NCBI RefSeq assembly: GCF_003334315.1
Contig: NZ_QOWR01000040.1
DNA from: Escherichia coli
GTDB taxonomy: Bacteria; Pseudomonadota; Gammaproteobacteria; Enterobacterales; Enterobacteriaceae
Length of the DNA: 43,800 nucleotides
Strand: one strand, 5' to 3'
Below, one piece after another: positions 32,094 through 43,504 of the stretch. The position numbers and the translations under genes are program-made. The notes beneath the pieces were generated by a model. It made no database searches. It had not been told where the DNA came from and saw only the letters and a list, made by a program, of their open reading frames with translations. How positions within the stretch are numbered: position 1 is the stretch's first letter; each line of letters begins with the position of its first letter.

Positions 32094-34288
32094 AATTTTT
32101 CCCCTTTCAACAGGGTGCTTTGCGCATCACGAGGCTTGATGACATAGCACCAAACTTGCTTACGACCATCATGTTCTTCGATATAGACACCCTGCAGCTC
32201 CGGTGCAAAACCTGGCAGCAGGTTGATCCCTTCTTCCAGAGCGCTGAAGTAACGCAGAACAGCACCACCCCAGATTTCACCCGGAACAACACACAGCACA
32301 CCCGGAGGATAAGGAAGCGCACCTTCGGCAGCGATACGGCCTTCTGCATCCGGCAGACGAACCAGTTCCACTTCACCGCGTAAATAGGCGTAGTTGGCTT
32401 CTTGCGGATTCATGCTGACGCGTGGGAAGTGCTCCTTACGGAACATCTCTTTTTGCAGTTGTTTCACGTTGTGGCGGGCATACAAATCATGCATTTCCTG
32501 ACACAACTGACGCAGGGTATAACCGGCGTAGCGCTCTTCATGCTGTTTGTAGATGGAAGGTAGCACTTCTGCTAATGGCGCGTCGGACTCAAGCAGTTTT
32601 TCGAAGCGTACCAGCAGGGCAACAAGTTGCTGAAGTTTGGCCATATCTTCTGCCGGAGTCAGCAGGAAGAGGATGGAGTTAAGATCGCATTTTTCCGGCA
32701 CTACGCCATTTTCGCGTAGGAAGTTAGCAAGAATCGTCGCGGGTACACCGAACGCTTCATATTCGCCGTTACGTGCATCAATACCTGGGGTTGTCAGCAA
32801 CAGTTTGCATGGATCGACAAAGTATTGATTCTCTGCATAGCCTTCAAAAGAATGCCAGTGTTCCCCTGGTACAAACTGGAAGAAGCGCAGATCAACCGCA
32901 ATTTGCGCTGTTTCATACGACTGCCAGGGTTTACCATCCACCAGTTCAGGTACGAACGGACGAATATGCTGACAGTTATCGAGGATCAGTTTGCGGGCAT
33001 TAATGCCATTTACCACACAATCCATCCACATATTACGACCGCTGACACCTTCATGCATTTTGGCGTTGATATCCAGTGCGGCAAACAGCGGATAGAACGG
33101 GCTGGTGGAGGCGTGCATCATAAAGGCGTTGTTCATGCGTTTGTGCGGTACATAACGCTGTTGCCCTTTGATGTGGCTGTCTTTTTTATGAATTTGTGAA
33201 GTCTGAGAAAAACCAGCCTGTTGTTTATGCACAGATTGCGTAACCAGAATACCCGGATCGTTCTCATTAAGATCCAGCAACAGCGGCGAACAGTCCGCCA
33301 TCATCGGAATAAACTGTTCATAGCCGACCCATGCTGAGTCAAACAGGATGTAGTCACACAGATGACCAATTTTATCCACCACCTGGCGGGCGTTATAAAT
33401 CGTACCGTCGTAGGTGCCTAACTGAATCACAGCGAGGCGGAAAGGACGAGCCTCTTTTGCCCGCTGCGGTGCGACTTCCGCGATCAGCTCACGCAGGTAA
33501 CTTTCTTCAAAACAGTGCGCATCAATGCCACCGATAAAGCCATACGGGTTACGTGCCGTTTCCAGATAAACCGGTGTTGCACCAGCCTGTAGCAACGCTC
33601 CGTGGTGGTTAGATTTGTGGTTATTGCGGTCAAACAGCACCAGATCACCCGGTGTTAGCAGGGCGTTTAAAACCACTTTGTTAGAAAATGAAGTGCCATT
33701 TAAAACGAAGTAGGTTTTATCGGCATTAAACACTTTTGCCGCATGTTGCTGTGCAATGCATGGCGCGCCTTCGTGAATCAGCAGATCGCCCATCGCTACG
33801 TCGGCGTTGCACAAGTCGGCACGGAACAGCGCCTCACCAAAGTATTCCACAAACTGATTCCCCGCCGGATGGCGACGGAAAAATTCGCCGCCCTGATGAC
33901 CAGGGCAATCAAACGCGCTGTTACCTTGATTGACATAATCGACCAGTGCGCGGAAGAAAGGTGGGCGCAGTTGAGTTTCATAATGGCTGGCAGCGGTTTC
34001 TAACTGGCGACCATAAAATTCTTTACGTGCTTCGCTAGGTTCGAAGACACCAGAAATACGTGAAAGATATTCTGCTGGTATACGTTCTTCATTTTCCGTT
34101 GCAATAAAAACAGGAATGCCATAGCCAGTAGCGTCTATTTCATCGAGTTTTCCACGTTCCACATCATTGACCGATAAAATAATGGCGGCAACGTCAATAT
34201 AATTACTTTCGTCAATATTCACGCATGTACGATGAGTGGAAAAACAATCCGGGCAAGAACGACTAACGGCAATTTTTAATTCTGACAT
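32090..34288 (-). CDS. speF: Inducible ornithine decarboxylase SpeF (732 aa; ORF could start 3 codons upstream at 34297)
   Basis: Large PLP-dependent Orn/Lys/Arg decarboxylase fold; speF-potE operon. Confidence 0.9.
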   Translation of the reverse strand: MSELKIAVSRSCPDCFSTHRTCVNIDESNYIDVAAIILSVNDVERGKLDEIDATGYGIPVFIATENEERIPAEYLSRISGVFEPSEARKEFYGRQLETAASHYETQLRPPFFRALVDYVNQGNSAFDCPGHQGGEFFRRHPAGNQFVEYFGEALFRADLCNADVAMGDLLIHEGAPCIAQQHAAKVFNADKTYFVLNGTSFSNKVVLNALLTPGDLVLFDRNNHKSNHHGALLQAGATPVYLETARNPYGFIGGIDAHCFEESYLRELIAEVAPQRAKEARPFRLAVIQLGTYDGTIYNARQVVDKIGHLCDYILFDSAWVGYEQFIPMMADCSPLLLDLNENDPGILVTQSVHKQQAGFSQTSQIHKKDSHIKGQQRYVPHKRMNNAFMMHASTSPFYPLFAALDINAKMHEGVSGRNMWMDCVVNGINARKLILDNCQHIRPFVPELVDGKPWQSYETAQIAVDLRFFQFVPGEHWHSFEGYAENQYFVDPCKLLLTTPGIDARNGEYEAFGVPATILANFLRENGVVPEKCDLNSILFLLTPAEDMAKLQQLVALLVRFEKLLESDAPLAEVLPSIYKQHEERYAGYTLRQLCQEMHDLYARHNVKQLQKEMFRKEHFPRVSMNPQEANYAYLRGEVELVRLPDAEGRIAAEGALPYPPGVLCVVPGEIWGGAVLRYFSALEEGINLLPGFAPELQGVYIEEHDGRKQVWCYVIKPRDAQSTLLKGEKL

Positions 34289-34598
34289 TTTGTTCATCTC
34301 TTTATTTCAGGTAATAGCAGGTCCTCAATTTCTCAAAGGAGAAATCGATCACGCCGGAAAAAAAGCAAAGCTCCACCGCTGATAAATAAATCAGTAGTTT
34401 GCTTTTTGCAGATGCAATAACCCAGACCAGCCCGGTAACTGGCTATACTCGTCATCCTTCAAGTTGCATATGCTGCGACTCGAATTATTTAGAGTTTAAA
34501 AGGGTTAGCAGTATATGAGCACCGAGGAATACAGGTATTAACCTGTAATGCTTAAAGTCAGGGAGACCTGTACGCTGGGGTGCCCTTTAGTCAGAAGA

Positions 34599-34703
34599 CT
34601 AGCGGGCATTAAAGAAATGAAAGTCAAAACTATTACGATGGGCAAACTTCATGATATGGGGTGTCCGCCTTATATGAGGCATTAAGCGGTTATTATTTTC
34701 CAT
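34599..34703 (-). CDS. speFL: speFL, 34-codon ornithine-sensing ribosome-arrest leader peptide
   Basis: Minus-strand translation MENNNRLMPHIRRTPHIMKFAHRNSFDFHFFNAR*, about 300 nt upstream of speF; matches the described SpeFL apart from a few residues that may be strain variation or imperfect recall. Confidence 0.75.
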   Translation of the reverse strand: MENNNRLMPHIRRTPHIMKFAHRNSFDFHFFNAR

Positions 34704-34977
34704 TTACCTTTACCTCTTGCTGTGTCAGTTGAAGGTAGAGTTATTCTATCCATGAAATGGCTATAATCTGTGAAGAAGATCAACAAAAAACGATCATACC
34801 CCAGATAATAAATCATTAATTATGAATAGCGCCATATTAGACGCTGTTTTGTTATTTAAATGTTGTAATTTTGTGTTTTATATTTGCGTTAAGAAATTAA
34901 ACCTGCCAAATAATAATATTTGGTGCAGGTTTAATAATAAATTAATCACTATTTAAGCGAATTTATTGAATAAAAAT

Positions 34978-35655
34978 TCAAAGCATAAACCGATAGCCAA
35001 TACCGGTTTCAGTAATGAAATGGCGTGGGCGGGCGGGATCCTGTTCCAGTTTTTGTCGCAGATGTCCCATATAAATACGCAAATAGTGACTGTGTTCGAC
35101 CGCGTTTGGCCCCCACACCTGGTTAAGGAGCTGGCGCTGGGTGAGTACTTTTCCGGCATTGTTGAGCAGCACCGCCAGCAGGCGGAACTCAATTGGTGTG
35201 AGATGCACCTCTTCCTCACCCCGGTGAATCACGCGGGCGGCTAAATCGACGGTAACATCGGAAAATTTCACCAGCGGATCGGGTGCGGTGGTGGCAGAGT
35301 GGCGGCGTAATGCGACGCGCAGACGGGCCTGCAATTCGCCAATGCCAAACGGCTTACTCAGATAATCATCCGCTCCGGCATCCAGCGCGGCGATTTTGTC
35401 GCTCTCTTCGCTGCGTGCGGAAAGCACAATCACCGGCACCGCGCTCCACTGGCGCAGGTCGCGGATAAACTCAATCCCATCACCATCGGGCAGGCCGAGA
35501 TCGAGAATAATCAAATCTGGCTTACGGGTAGCCGCTTCCAGCAAGCCGCGTTGCAGCGTTTCGGCCTCATAGACGCGCATCCCGTCGCCCTCCAGCGCCG
35601 TGCGCAGAAAGCGACGAATAGCCTGTTCATCTTCAACAATCAGAACGTTTGTCAC
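34978..35655 (-). CDS. kdpE: Two-component response regulator KdpE (225 aa)
   Basis: Receiver domain ([18 protein letters not shown]-box) plus OmpR-type winged helix; 4-bp overlap with kdpD stop. Confidence 0.95.
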   Translation of the reverse strand: MTNVLIVEDEQAIRRFLRTALEGDGMRVYEAETLQRGLLEAATRKPDLIILDLGLPDGDGIEFIRDLRQWSAVPVIVLSARSEESDKIAALDAGADDYLSKPFGIGELQARLRVALRRHSATTAPDPLVKFSDVTVDLAARVIHRGEEEVHLTPIEFRLLAVLLNNAGKVLTQRQLLNQVWGPNAVEHSHYLRIYMGHLRQKLEQDPARPRHFITETGIGYRFML

Positions 35656-38336
35656 ATATCCTCATGAAATTCTTCAAGTTCAGGGGCAGTTTGCTGGGGA
35701 AGTGTAACACGAAAACAGGCACCACCTTCCGGTCGGTTGAACGCGGTAATAGTGCCCCCGTGTACATCCACTATCGCCCGACAAATTGCCAGTCCAAGCC
35801 CTACCCCCGGTACTGCCGACTCTTTATTCCCGCGAGCAAACTTATCAAATATCGTCTGCTCCTGGCCTGGCGGAAGACCGGGGCCGTTATCCCAGACATC
35901 CAGTTGTAGATTTTCGCCCTCAACGTGGGCATCGATACCAATTTCGGCCTGCGCACCCGCATATTTCACCGCGTTCTCCAGCAGATTAATCAGCACCCGT
36001 TCAAAGAGTGGCCCGTCAACGTGGATTAAGGTCAGCGGTTCTGGCAGAGAAAGATTGATGGGCGACGATAAACCCGGTTCCAGCATTTGCAGCGCGCTGC
36101 CGACTACTTCTTCCAGCGTTAACCACTCTTTCTTCAAATTAAAGCCGCCGGACTGAATTCGCGCCATATCCAGTAGATTATTCACCAGTCGGGTAGTGTT
36201 CAGCACATGCTGACGAATCTCGCTGGCCTGGCGGGCGTGGGGCGATCCTTCGCTTGCCAGATCGAGCGTTAAGATTTCTGCCTGACCAAACAGCACCGTA
36301 AGCGGCGTGCGTAAATCATGCGAAAGCGCCGCCAGCAGGGCGTTGCGGATCTGTTCACGTTCGCTTGCCATCCGCGCCTGTTCTTCGCTGGCGGTCAGTG
36401 TCAGCCGCTCAAGGGCATTGGCGACTAACAGCGTAAATGTCTCCAGCAGGCGCTGCTGCTCCGGGATCATCAACTGGCGCAGATTCCCCGGTTCCACCAC
36501 CACCAGTCCGTAGGTTTTCTCGCCGCTTTTTAGCGGCAAAATCTGGTACGGCACGCCGGGTAACGTGTCGGTGCCCGCACCCGCAGGCAGGCCTTTATCA
36601 AAACTCCACTGCGCGATGGCATCGTCCCATGGCGTCATTCCTTGCGGATGTGTTAACGGCTGCAATTTACCGTTGTCATCGGGCAACAACACCTGACTGC
36701 GGGCATGAAACGTGGAGGCAATAAATTGTTCGCTGGTGGCGGCGATGTCCTGCGGACTGCGGCCCACCGCCAGAGCTTTCGACATTTCATATAAGTGCCG
36801 TGTGCGTTGCTCGCGGTAGCGGGCTACCCGCGCCTGATAACGCACGCCAGCAGTAAGGTTCCCGATCACCAGCCCGACGGTTAACATCACCGCGAAGGTC
36901 AGCAGATATTGCACATCAGAGACGGCGAGCGTGCCGCGTGGGGCGATAAAAAAGAGATCGAAACTCACCACATTAATGACGGTAGCAACCACCGAAGGCC
37001 AGCGTCCATAAAATAGCGCCACTACCACCACGCCAAGCAGATACAGCATCACCAGGTTGGCGGCATCAAACGCCATCAGCCACTGCATGGCAATTAAGGT
37101 GATAACGGCGCATAACGCGGCGGCAACCACGCATCCCTGAATCTGTACCCGCCACTTGTCTTTAAAAGAGCGGCTATCCGGCGCGTTGTTAATCGTGCGG
37201 GCGGGTGGTTCATCAAGCGCGACCAGCACCTGATCGAGATCGGGGGCGATGCGCGCCAGTCGGTCAGCAAACGTTTCCCGACGCCACCAGCGGCGCGAGG
37301 CTGGGCGACCGAGAATAATCTTGCCGAGATTATGTTCACGGGCATAACGCACTACCGCTTTCTCTTCCGCTGGATCAGAAAGTGTTGCCGTCTCCGCGCC
37401 CAGCTCCTGCGCCAGACGTAAGGCGCTGAGAATTGCCCGACGTTTTTTCTCCGGTAAGCGATGCAGGGCAGGGGTTTCAACATACACCGCGTGCCAGACG
37501 CTCCCCAGCCGTGACGCCAGCCGCGCCGCCGCGCGGACCAGTTTTTCGCTGCCGGTGTTATGGCCGATGCATAAAAGGATCGCGTCGCGCGTGTGCCAGA
37601 CTTTCTCTTCGCCAGGATGCCCCCGCCAGGCGCGCATTTGCTCATCAACGCGATCGGCAGTACGGCGCAGTGCCAGTTCGCGCAGGGCGATCAGATTGCC
37701 TTTGCGGAAAAAATGTTCAATGGCGCGCTCCGCCTGCCCGGCAATATAGACTTTGCCTTCTTTCAGCCGCTGGCGCAGATCGTCCGGGGGCAAGTCCACC
37801 AGCACCACGTCGTCGGCGGCATCGAAAAAAGGATCGGGCACGGTTTCCCGTACCTGAATTCCGGTGACGCCGCTGACCACATCATTCAGACTTTCCAGAT
37901 GCTGAACGTTGACGGTTGTGAAAACATCAATGCCAGCTTCCAGCAGTTCTTCGATATCCTGCCAGCGTTTAGGATGACGAGAACCTGGCGCATTACTGTG
38001 CGCCAGTTCGTCCATTAAGATCAGCGCCGGACGGCGGGCGAGGGCGGCATCGAGATCAAACTCGCTGATATGCCGCCCACGGTACGCCTGGCGTTTGGGC
38101 GGCAGAACAGCCAGCCCTTCAAGCATGGCGGCGGTATCTTTCCGCCCATGGGTTTCTACCACGCCAACCACAATATCCAGCCCTTGCGCCCGCAGTCGCT
38201 GGGCTTCTGCCAGCATCGCCCAGGTCTTCCCGACGCCTGCACAGGCACCGAAGAAAACTTTCAGCTTCCCCCGATGCGGCGCGGCAGTTTGTTCCAGCAG
38301 ACGATCGGGGTCGGGACGTAAGGGTTCGTTATTCAT
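35652..38336 (-). CDS. kdpD: Sensor histidine kinase KdpD (894 aa; six-frame ORF extends to 38378)
   Basis: N-terminal KdpD domain with Walker [13 protein letters not shown]-like region, 4 TM helices, H-box SHDLRTPL and HATPase domain. Confidence 0.95.
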   Translation of the reverse strand: MNNEPLRPDPDRLLEQTAAPHRGKLKVFFGACAGVGKTWAMLAEAQRLRAQGLDIVVGVVETHGRKDTAAMLEGLAVLPPKRQAYRGRHISEFDLDAALARRPALILMDELAHSNAPGSRHPKRWQDIEELLEAGIDVFTTVNVQHLESLNDVVSGVTGIQVRETVPDPFFDAADDVVLVDLPPDDLRQRLKEGKVYIAGQAERAIEHFFRKGNLIALRELALRRTADRVDEQMRAWRGHPGEEKVWHTRDAILLCIGHNTGSEKLVRAAARLASRLGSVWHAVYVETPALHRLPEKKRRAILSALRLAQELGAETATLSDPAEEKAVVRYAREHNLGKIILGRPASRRWWRRETFADRLARIAPDLDQVLVALDEPPARTINNAPDSRSFKDKWRVQIQGCVVAAALCAVITLIAMQWLMAFDAANLVMLYLLGVVVVALFYGRWPSVVATVINVVSFDLFFIAPRGTLAVSDVQYLLTFAVMLTVGLVIGNLTAGVRYQARVARYREQRTRHLYEMSKALAVGRSPQDIAATSEQFIASTFHARSQVLLPDDNGKLQPLTHPQGMTPWDDAIAQWSFDKGLPAGAGTDTLPGVPYQILPLKSGEKTYGLVVVEPGNLRQLMIPEQQRLLETFTLLVANALERLTLTASEEQARMASEREQIRNALLAALSHDLRTPLTVLFGQAEILTLDLASEGSPHARQASEIRQHVLNTTRLVNNLLDMARIQSGGFNLKKEWLTLEEVVGSALQMLEPGLSSPINLSLPEPLTLIHVDGPLFERVLINLLENAVKYAGAQAEIGIDAHVEGENLQLDVWDNGPGLPPGQEQTIFDKFARGNKESAVPGVGLGLAICRAIVDVHGGTITAFNRPEGGACFRVTLPQQTAPELEEFHEDM

Positions 38337-38901
38337 CAAGTTTATCCAGCGCCAGATTGAGTTCAACAATGTTGACAACCGGCTGGCCGATATATTTCAC
38401 CAGCGGTTGTTGGCTGTATTTTGCGATCAGTTGCGTGAGCTGTTCAACGCTGAGATTACGCGCTTTCGCCACGCGTGGGATTTGCCAGGCCGCCGCTTGC
38501 GGGGTGATATTATTGTCCAGCCCGCTTGCCGATGCCGTCACCAGTTCAACCGGAACGCTCGCGCTGGCATCCGGGTTAGCGGCCCGTAATGCAGCAACGC
38601 GTGCGGCTATTAGTTTATCCAGCTCAGGGTTACTGACCGCCAGATTGCTCCCGCCAGAAGCCTGTGGATTATAGGGCATTTCTGCCGTTGCCGACGGGCG
38701 ACCATGAAAATAGCCGTTGCCGGTAAAATTCTGCCCGATTAATGCCGAACCGCGCACCGTATCACCTTCACGAATCAACGAACCATTGGCCTGCCAGGGA
38801 AACCACCATTGCCCCAGTACGGTGGTCAGCAGCGGGTAAACGCCGCCAGTAATCAATAACAGAAAGATAAATGTTGATAATGCCGGACGTAATCCACTCA
38901 T
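38329..38901 (-). CDS. kdpC: K+-transporting ATPase subunit KdpC (190 aa; ORF extends to 38925)
   Basis: N-terminus [24 protein letters not shown]; overlaps kdpD start and kdpB stop. Confidence 0.9.
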
Positions 38902-38909
38902 GGTAAACC

Positions 38910-40958
38910 TCACACCAGACCGCAAACGGTCAGCAGTAAATCAATGACTTTGATACCGATAAACGGCACCAGCAGCCCACCCAGACCGTAAATCCATAAG
39001 TTACGGCGCAACATGGCAGAAGCGGTAAGCGGTTTATAACTCACGCCTTTTAACGCCAGGGGAATCAAAAAGACGATAATCAAGGCGTTGAAAATCACCG
39101 CACTGAGGATTGCGGAGTCGGGCGAATGCAGGCACATGATGTTCAGCGCATTTAACTGCGGATACGTTGCCGCGAATGCCGCCGGAATAATGGCGAAGTA
39201 TTTCGCCACATCGTTGGCAATGCTGAAGGTGGTCAGCGAGCCACGGGTCATCAGCATCTGTTTGCCAATGTGCACCACCTCGATCAACTTGGTCGGGTTA
39301 GAGTCGAGATCGACCATATTGCCCGCCTCTTTCGCCGCCTGGGTGCCGGAGTTCATCGCCACCGCGACATCTGCCTGCGCCAGCGCCGGAGCATCGTTGG
39401 TGCCGTCGCCGGTCATCGCTACCAAACGACCTTCCGCCTGATACTGACGGATCAATGCCAGCTTGGCCTCCGGTGTCGCTTCGGCGAGAAAATCATCGAC
39501 ACCCGCTTCCGCAGCAATCGCGGCGGCAGTCAGACGGTTATCGCCGGTAATCATCACCGTTTTAATGCCCATTTTGCGCAGCTGGGCGAAGCGCTCTTTA
39601 ATACCGCCTTTGACGATATCTTTCAGCGCAATAACGCCCAGCACACGAGAACCTTCCACCACCACCAGCGGCGTGGCTCCCTGACGCGCAACCTGATCGA
39701 CTTTTTGATCAACATCGGTAGGGAAGTGACCACCGTTAGCCTCAACATGGCGACGAATGGCATCGACAGAACCTTTACGGATCATGCGGTTGTCGATGTT
39801 GATCCCGCTCATCCGGCTTTGCGCAGTAAACGGTACAAAGGTGGCATGGAGCGACTGCACATCGCGCTCGCGCAGGTTAAAACGCTGCTTGGCGAGGATC
39901 ACAATACTGCGGCCTTCCGGCGTTTCATCAGCCAGCGAAGCCAGTTGTGCGGCGTCAGCCAGCGTTTTTTCATCCACGCCCTGCGCGGGGATAAACTCCG
40001 ACGCCTGACGGTTACCGAGTGTGATGGTGCCGGTTTTATCCAGTAGCAGAACGTCAACGTCACCTGCCGCTTCAACTGCACGTCCGCTGGTGGCAATCAC
40101 ATTCGCGCCTAGCATCCGGCTCATCCCGGCGACGCCGATCGCTGACAACAGGCCGCCAATAGTGGTTGGGATCAGACAGACCAGCAGCGCCACCAGTACC
40201 GTTACGCTGACTGCATTACCGCCCCACGCGGAAAACGGCCACAGCGTGGCGGTTGCCAGTAAAAAGACGATAGTCAGGGCAATCAGCAGAATGGTCAGGG
40301 CAATTTCGTTCGGCGTTTTGCGTCGCTGTGCGCCTTCCACCATCGCGATCATCCGATCCAGAAATGTCTCGCCGGGGTTAACGCTACACTCAATCACCAG
40401 CCAGTCAGAAAGAATACGCGTGCCGCCGGTGACGGAGGCAAAATCGCCGCCGGATTCACGGATCACCGGTGCCGATTCCCCGGTGATGGTGCTTTCATCG
40501 ACCGATGCACCCCCTTCAATAACTTCACCATCGCAGGGGATAATATCGCCAGCTTCTACCAGTACGATATCGCCTTTACGAAGTTGGTCGGCAGGAACTT
40601 TGTCCGCCGCAGCGCCATATTTCGGCTCACGCAGCTTGCGGGCAAAGGCAGTTTTTTTCACCCCTTTCAGACTGTTGGCCTGCGCTTTACTGCGGCCTTC
40701 TGCCAGCGCCTCGGCGAAATTAGCGAACAGTACGGTGATCCACAGCCAACCGCTAATGGCCGCGCTAAACAGCGCATTGCCGGGCATCGCACCGCTTGCC
40801 ATCGCGATGCTAATACAGGTGGTCAGCAGACTGCCGATCCAGACGATAAACATCACCGGATTGCGCCATTGCGCCTGCGGGTTTAATTTTTTCACCGCTT
40901 CTTTCAGCGCCTGAACGACAAGTGTTGGTTCGAATAGCGCCAGTTGTTTACGACTCAT
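38910..40958 (-). CDS. kdpB: K+-transporting P-type ATPase catalytic subunit KdpB (682 aa)
   Basis: Phosphorylation motif DKTGTIT and hinge motif [10 protein letters not shown]. Confidence 0.95.
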   Translation of the reverse strand: MSRKQLALFEPTLVVQALKEAVKKLNPQAQWRNPVMFIVWIGSLLTTCISIAMASGAMPGNALFSAAISGWLWITVLFANFAEALAEGRSKAQANSLKGVKKTAFARKLREPKYGAAADKVPADQLRKGDIVLVEAGDIIPCDGEVIEGGASVDESTITGESAPVIRESGGDFASVTGGTRILSDWLVIECSVNPGETFLDRMIAMVEGAQRRKTPNEIALTILLIALTIVFLLATATLWPFSAWGGNAVSVTVLVALLVCLIPTTIGGLLSAIGVAGMSRMLGANVIATSGRAVEAAGDVDVLLLDKTGTITLGNRQASEFIPAQGVDEKTLADAAQLASLADETPEGRSIVILAKQRFNLRERDVQSLHATFVPFTAQSRMSGINIDNRMIRKGSVDAIRRHVEANGGHFPTDVDQKVDQVARQGATPLVVVEGSRVLGVIALKDIVKGGIKERFAQLRKMGIKTVMITGDNRLTAAAIAAEAGVDDFLAEATPEAKLALIRQYQAEGRLVAMTGDGTNDAPALAQADVAVAMNSGTQAAKEAGNMVDLDSNPTKLIEVVHIGKQMLMTRGSLTTFSIANDVAKYFAIIPAAFAATYPQLNALNIMCLHSPDSAILSAVIFNALIIVFLIPLALKGVSYKPLTASAMLRRNLWIYGLGGLLVPFIGIKVIDLLLTVCGLV

Positions 40959-40980
40959 ATTCAGTGCTCACTCAATATCA

Positions 40981-42654
40981 TCAGGAGAGATATTCCGCCA
41001 CCGGACCAAGCGCCAGGGCAGGGATAAAGGTCAGTGCGCCAACCAGCAACACGGTGCCGATTAACAGGCCAACAAACAGCGGGCCGTGCGTTGGCAGCGT
41101 GCCGGAGCTGGCGGCTTGGCTCTTTTTACTCACCAGCGAACCGGCAATTGCCATCACCGGGATAATCACCCCGAAGCGACCGACAAACATGCAGAACGCC
41201 AGTAAACAGTTCCAGAACGGAGAGTTGGCGCTTAATCCGGCAAAGGCGCTGCCGTTGTTGTTAGCGGCGGATGACACGGCGTACAGCACTTCGCTAAAAC
41301 CATGCGGGCCAGGGTTGAGCATGGCGCTACGTCCGGCGTCGGTCATCATCGCCAACGCCGCGCCCATCAGCACCAGCGTCGGGGTAACCAGAATTGCCAG
41401 TGCAGTCAGTTTCATCTCGCGTACGTCGATTTTTTTACCCAGATATTCCGGTGTACGACCAATCATCAGCCCGGCAATAAACACCGCCAGCAGGACAAAC
41501 AGCATCATGCCGTAAAGACCAGAACCGACACCGCCGAACACCACTTCACCAATTTGCATCAGCCACATCGGCACCATGCCACCGAGAGCGGTAAACGAAT
41601 CATGCATCGCAATCACCGCGCCACAGGAAGCCGCCGTCGTCACGACCGCAAACAGGCTACTGACCAGCACGCCGAAACGGCTCTCTTTACCTTCCATATT
41701 GATGCTGCTGTCCGTGCCCAGTGCCAGCAGATGAGGATTACCCTGAACTTCTGCCCACATCACCACGCCTACGCAGATGACAAAAATCACTGACATCGCC
41801 CACAGCAACATGCGCCCCTGGCGGCGATCGCCCGTCACTTCACCAAAGGCAAAGCACAGCGCCGTTGGGATCAAGAAGATCGCCAGCATCTGCACGAAGT
41901 TGGTCAGTGCGGTTGGGTTTTCAAACGGATGCGACGAGTTGGCATTAAAGAAGCCACCGCCGTTAGTACCGAGCATCTTGATCGCTTCCTGAGAAGCTAC
42001 AGGCCCCATGGGTAACAGCTGTTGCGCTCCTTCAACGGTATTCACAGCCTGATAAGGCAGAAAGTTTTGCAGCGCACCTTGTTGAATAAAAAACAGTGCA
42101 ATCAACAACGCCACAGGGACTAGCACCCATAACGTGATGCGTAGCAGATCGACCCAGGCATTCCCGAGCGTGCTCATGCTCTGGCGGGTAAACGCACGGA
42201 TGAGGGCAAAAATCACCGCAATCCCGCTGGCGGCAGAAAGAAAGTTTTGCACCGTTAAGCCCGCCATCTGGCTGAAATAGCTCAACGTGGTTTCACCGCT
42301 ATAAGATTGCCAGTTGGTATTGGTGACAAAGCTGACGGCGGTATTCAGCGCCAGATCCCACGACAGCCCTGGCAACTGCTGTGGATTAAGCGGCAGATAG
42401 TGCTGACCGAGCAACATAAAAAACAGCACCGCCAGCCCCAGCATGTTCAGGCCGAGAATGGCACAAAGATATTGCTTCCAGTTCATCTCACGGTCAGAGA
42501 CGCCAAGTGCGCGAAAAAGTACGCGCTCAACGCCCGTTGTACCGGGAAGAGGAATGTCATTAATCAGCCGCGCCAGCCCGCTGCCTAAAGGACGCGCCAG
42601 CACCATTAACACCAGTAAAAACGTGGCGATCAGTAAGAACCCTTGCGCAGCCAT
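40981..42654 (-). CDS. kdpA: K+-transporting ATPase channel subunit KdpA (557 aa; six-frame ORF extends to 42798)
   Basis: Start [24 protein letters not shown]; K+ channel-like repeats. Confidence 0.95.
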
Positions 42655-42743
42655 CAGAACGCCTCCGCATTGATCAGGGCATAAACCAGATAACCCAGTA
42701 ATAAAAACACCAGCAATACGCCGGTTATCACGCCTGCACTCAC
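42654..42743 (-). CDS. kdpF: KdpF, 29-aa hydrophobic subunit of Kdp-ATPase (GTG start)
   Basis: (V/M)[28 protein letters not shown]; GGAG RBS; stop overlaps the kdpA ATG. Confidence 0.85.
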
Positions 42744-42816
42744 AGTGCACCTCCAGTGGCCTAAAAGTGATACCGGAAGGGTAGAATTCTGGCTGCAAAG
42801 ATTTCGCAAAAATCTG

Positions 42817-42846
42817 CGGGCGGGGTGTAAAAAAAGTATAAAAATG
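42817..42846 (-). promoter_or_regulatory. KdpE binding site / kdpFABC promoter region
   Basis: Minus strand reads CATTTTTATACTTTTTTTACACCCCGCCCG, matching the published KdpE operator as I recall it, about 75-100 bp upstream of kdpF. Confidence 0.6.
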
Positions 42847-43055
42847 GCAAAAGCCATGATTTAACTAATGTTTAGTATTAATTTAACTTTTGTGTAACTT
42901 AATTACAGGATGAATGTAAATAAACCATCAATAAGCAAAAATAAGTGGTCGGATGAGTAGTAAAATTACACAAAAGGCGGTACTATTTTCATCAGATAAA
43001 CAAATTCATTTTTCCGGTGCCATTCACCGGGTAGATACAAAAGGGGGAGAAAAGT

Positions 43056-43262
43056 ATGGAACTCTACAGAGAATATCCTGCATGGCTTATCTTTTTACGC
43101 CGTACTTATGCGGTTGCAGCGGGCGTTCTGGCGCTGCCTTTCATGCTTTTCTGGAAAGACCGCGCCCGCTTTTACAGCTACCTGCATCGCGTCTGGTCGA
43201 AAACCAGCGATAAACCGGTGTGGATGGATCAGGCCGAAAAGGCAACTGGTGATTTTTATTGA
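43056..43262 (+). CDS. ybfA: Small membrane protein YbfA (68 aa)
   Basis: [33 protein letters not shown]...; RBS GGGGGAG upstream. Confidence 0.85.
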
Positions 43263-43284
43263 TTGCTGAGTTTTGAATACATTG

Positions 43285-43317
43285 AAAACCGCCAGCGGAA
43301 ACGCTGGCGGTTTTTTG
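43285..43317 (+). terminator. Intrinsic terminator after ybfA
   Basis: CCGCCAGCG-gaaa-CGCTGGCGG hairpin followed by TTTTTT. Confidence 0.8.
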
Positions 43318-43504
43318 TATCAGGAAGATGTTCAGAGGAATATTTAGACATCGTTATACCAATCGAAACATATATTCATGAAATATATATAAATATTTTC
43401 CTAATTGTTCTTATCTGACAGATATCTCACTTAAGGCTTTCTTATAAATCTGTAGGGTTTCGCCTGTCAGCAGACAAATAACCCGATAAAACAAGGATGA
43501 GCAG

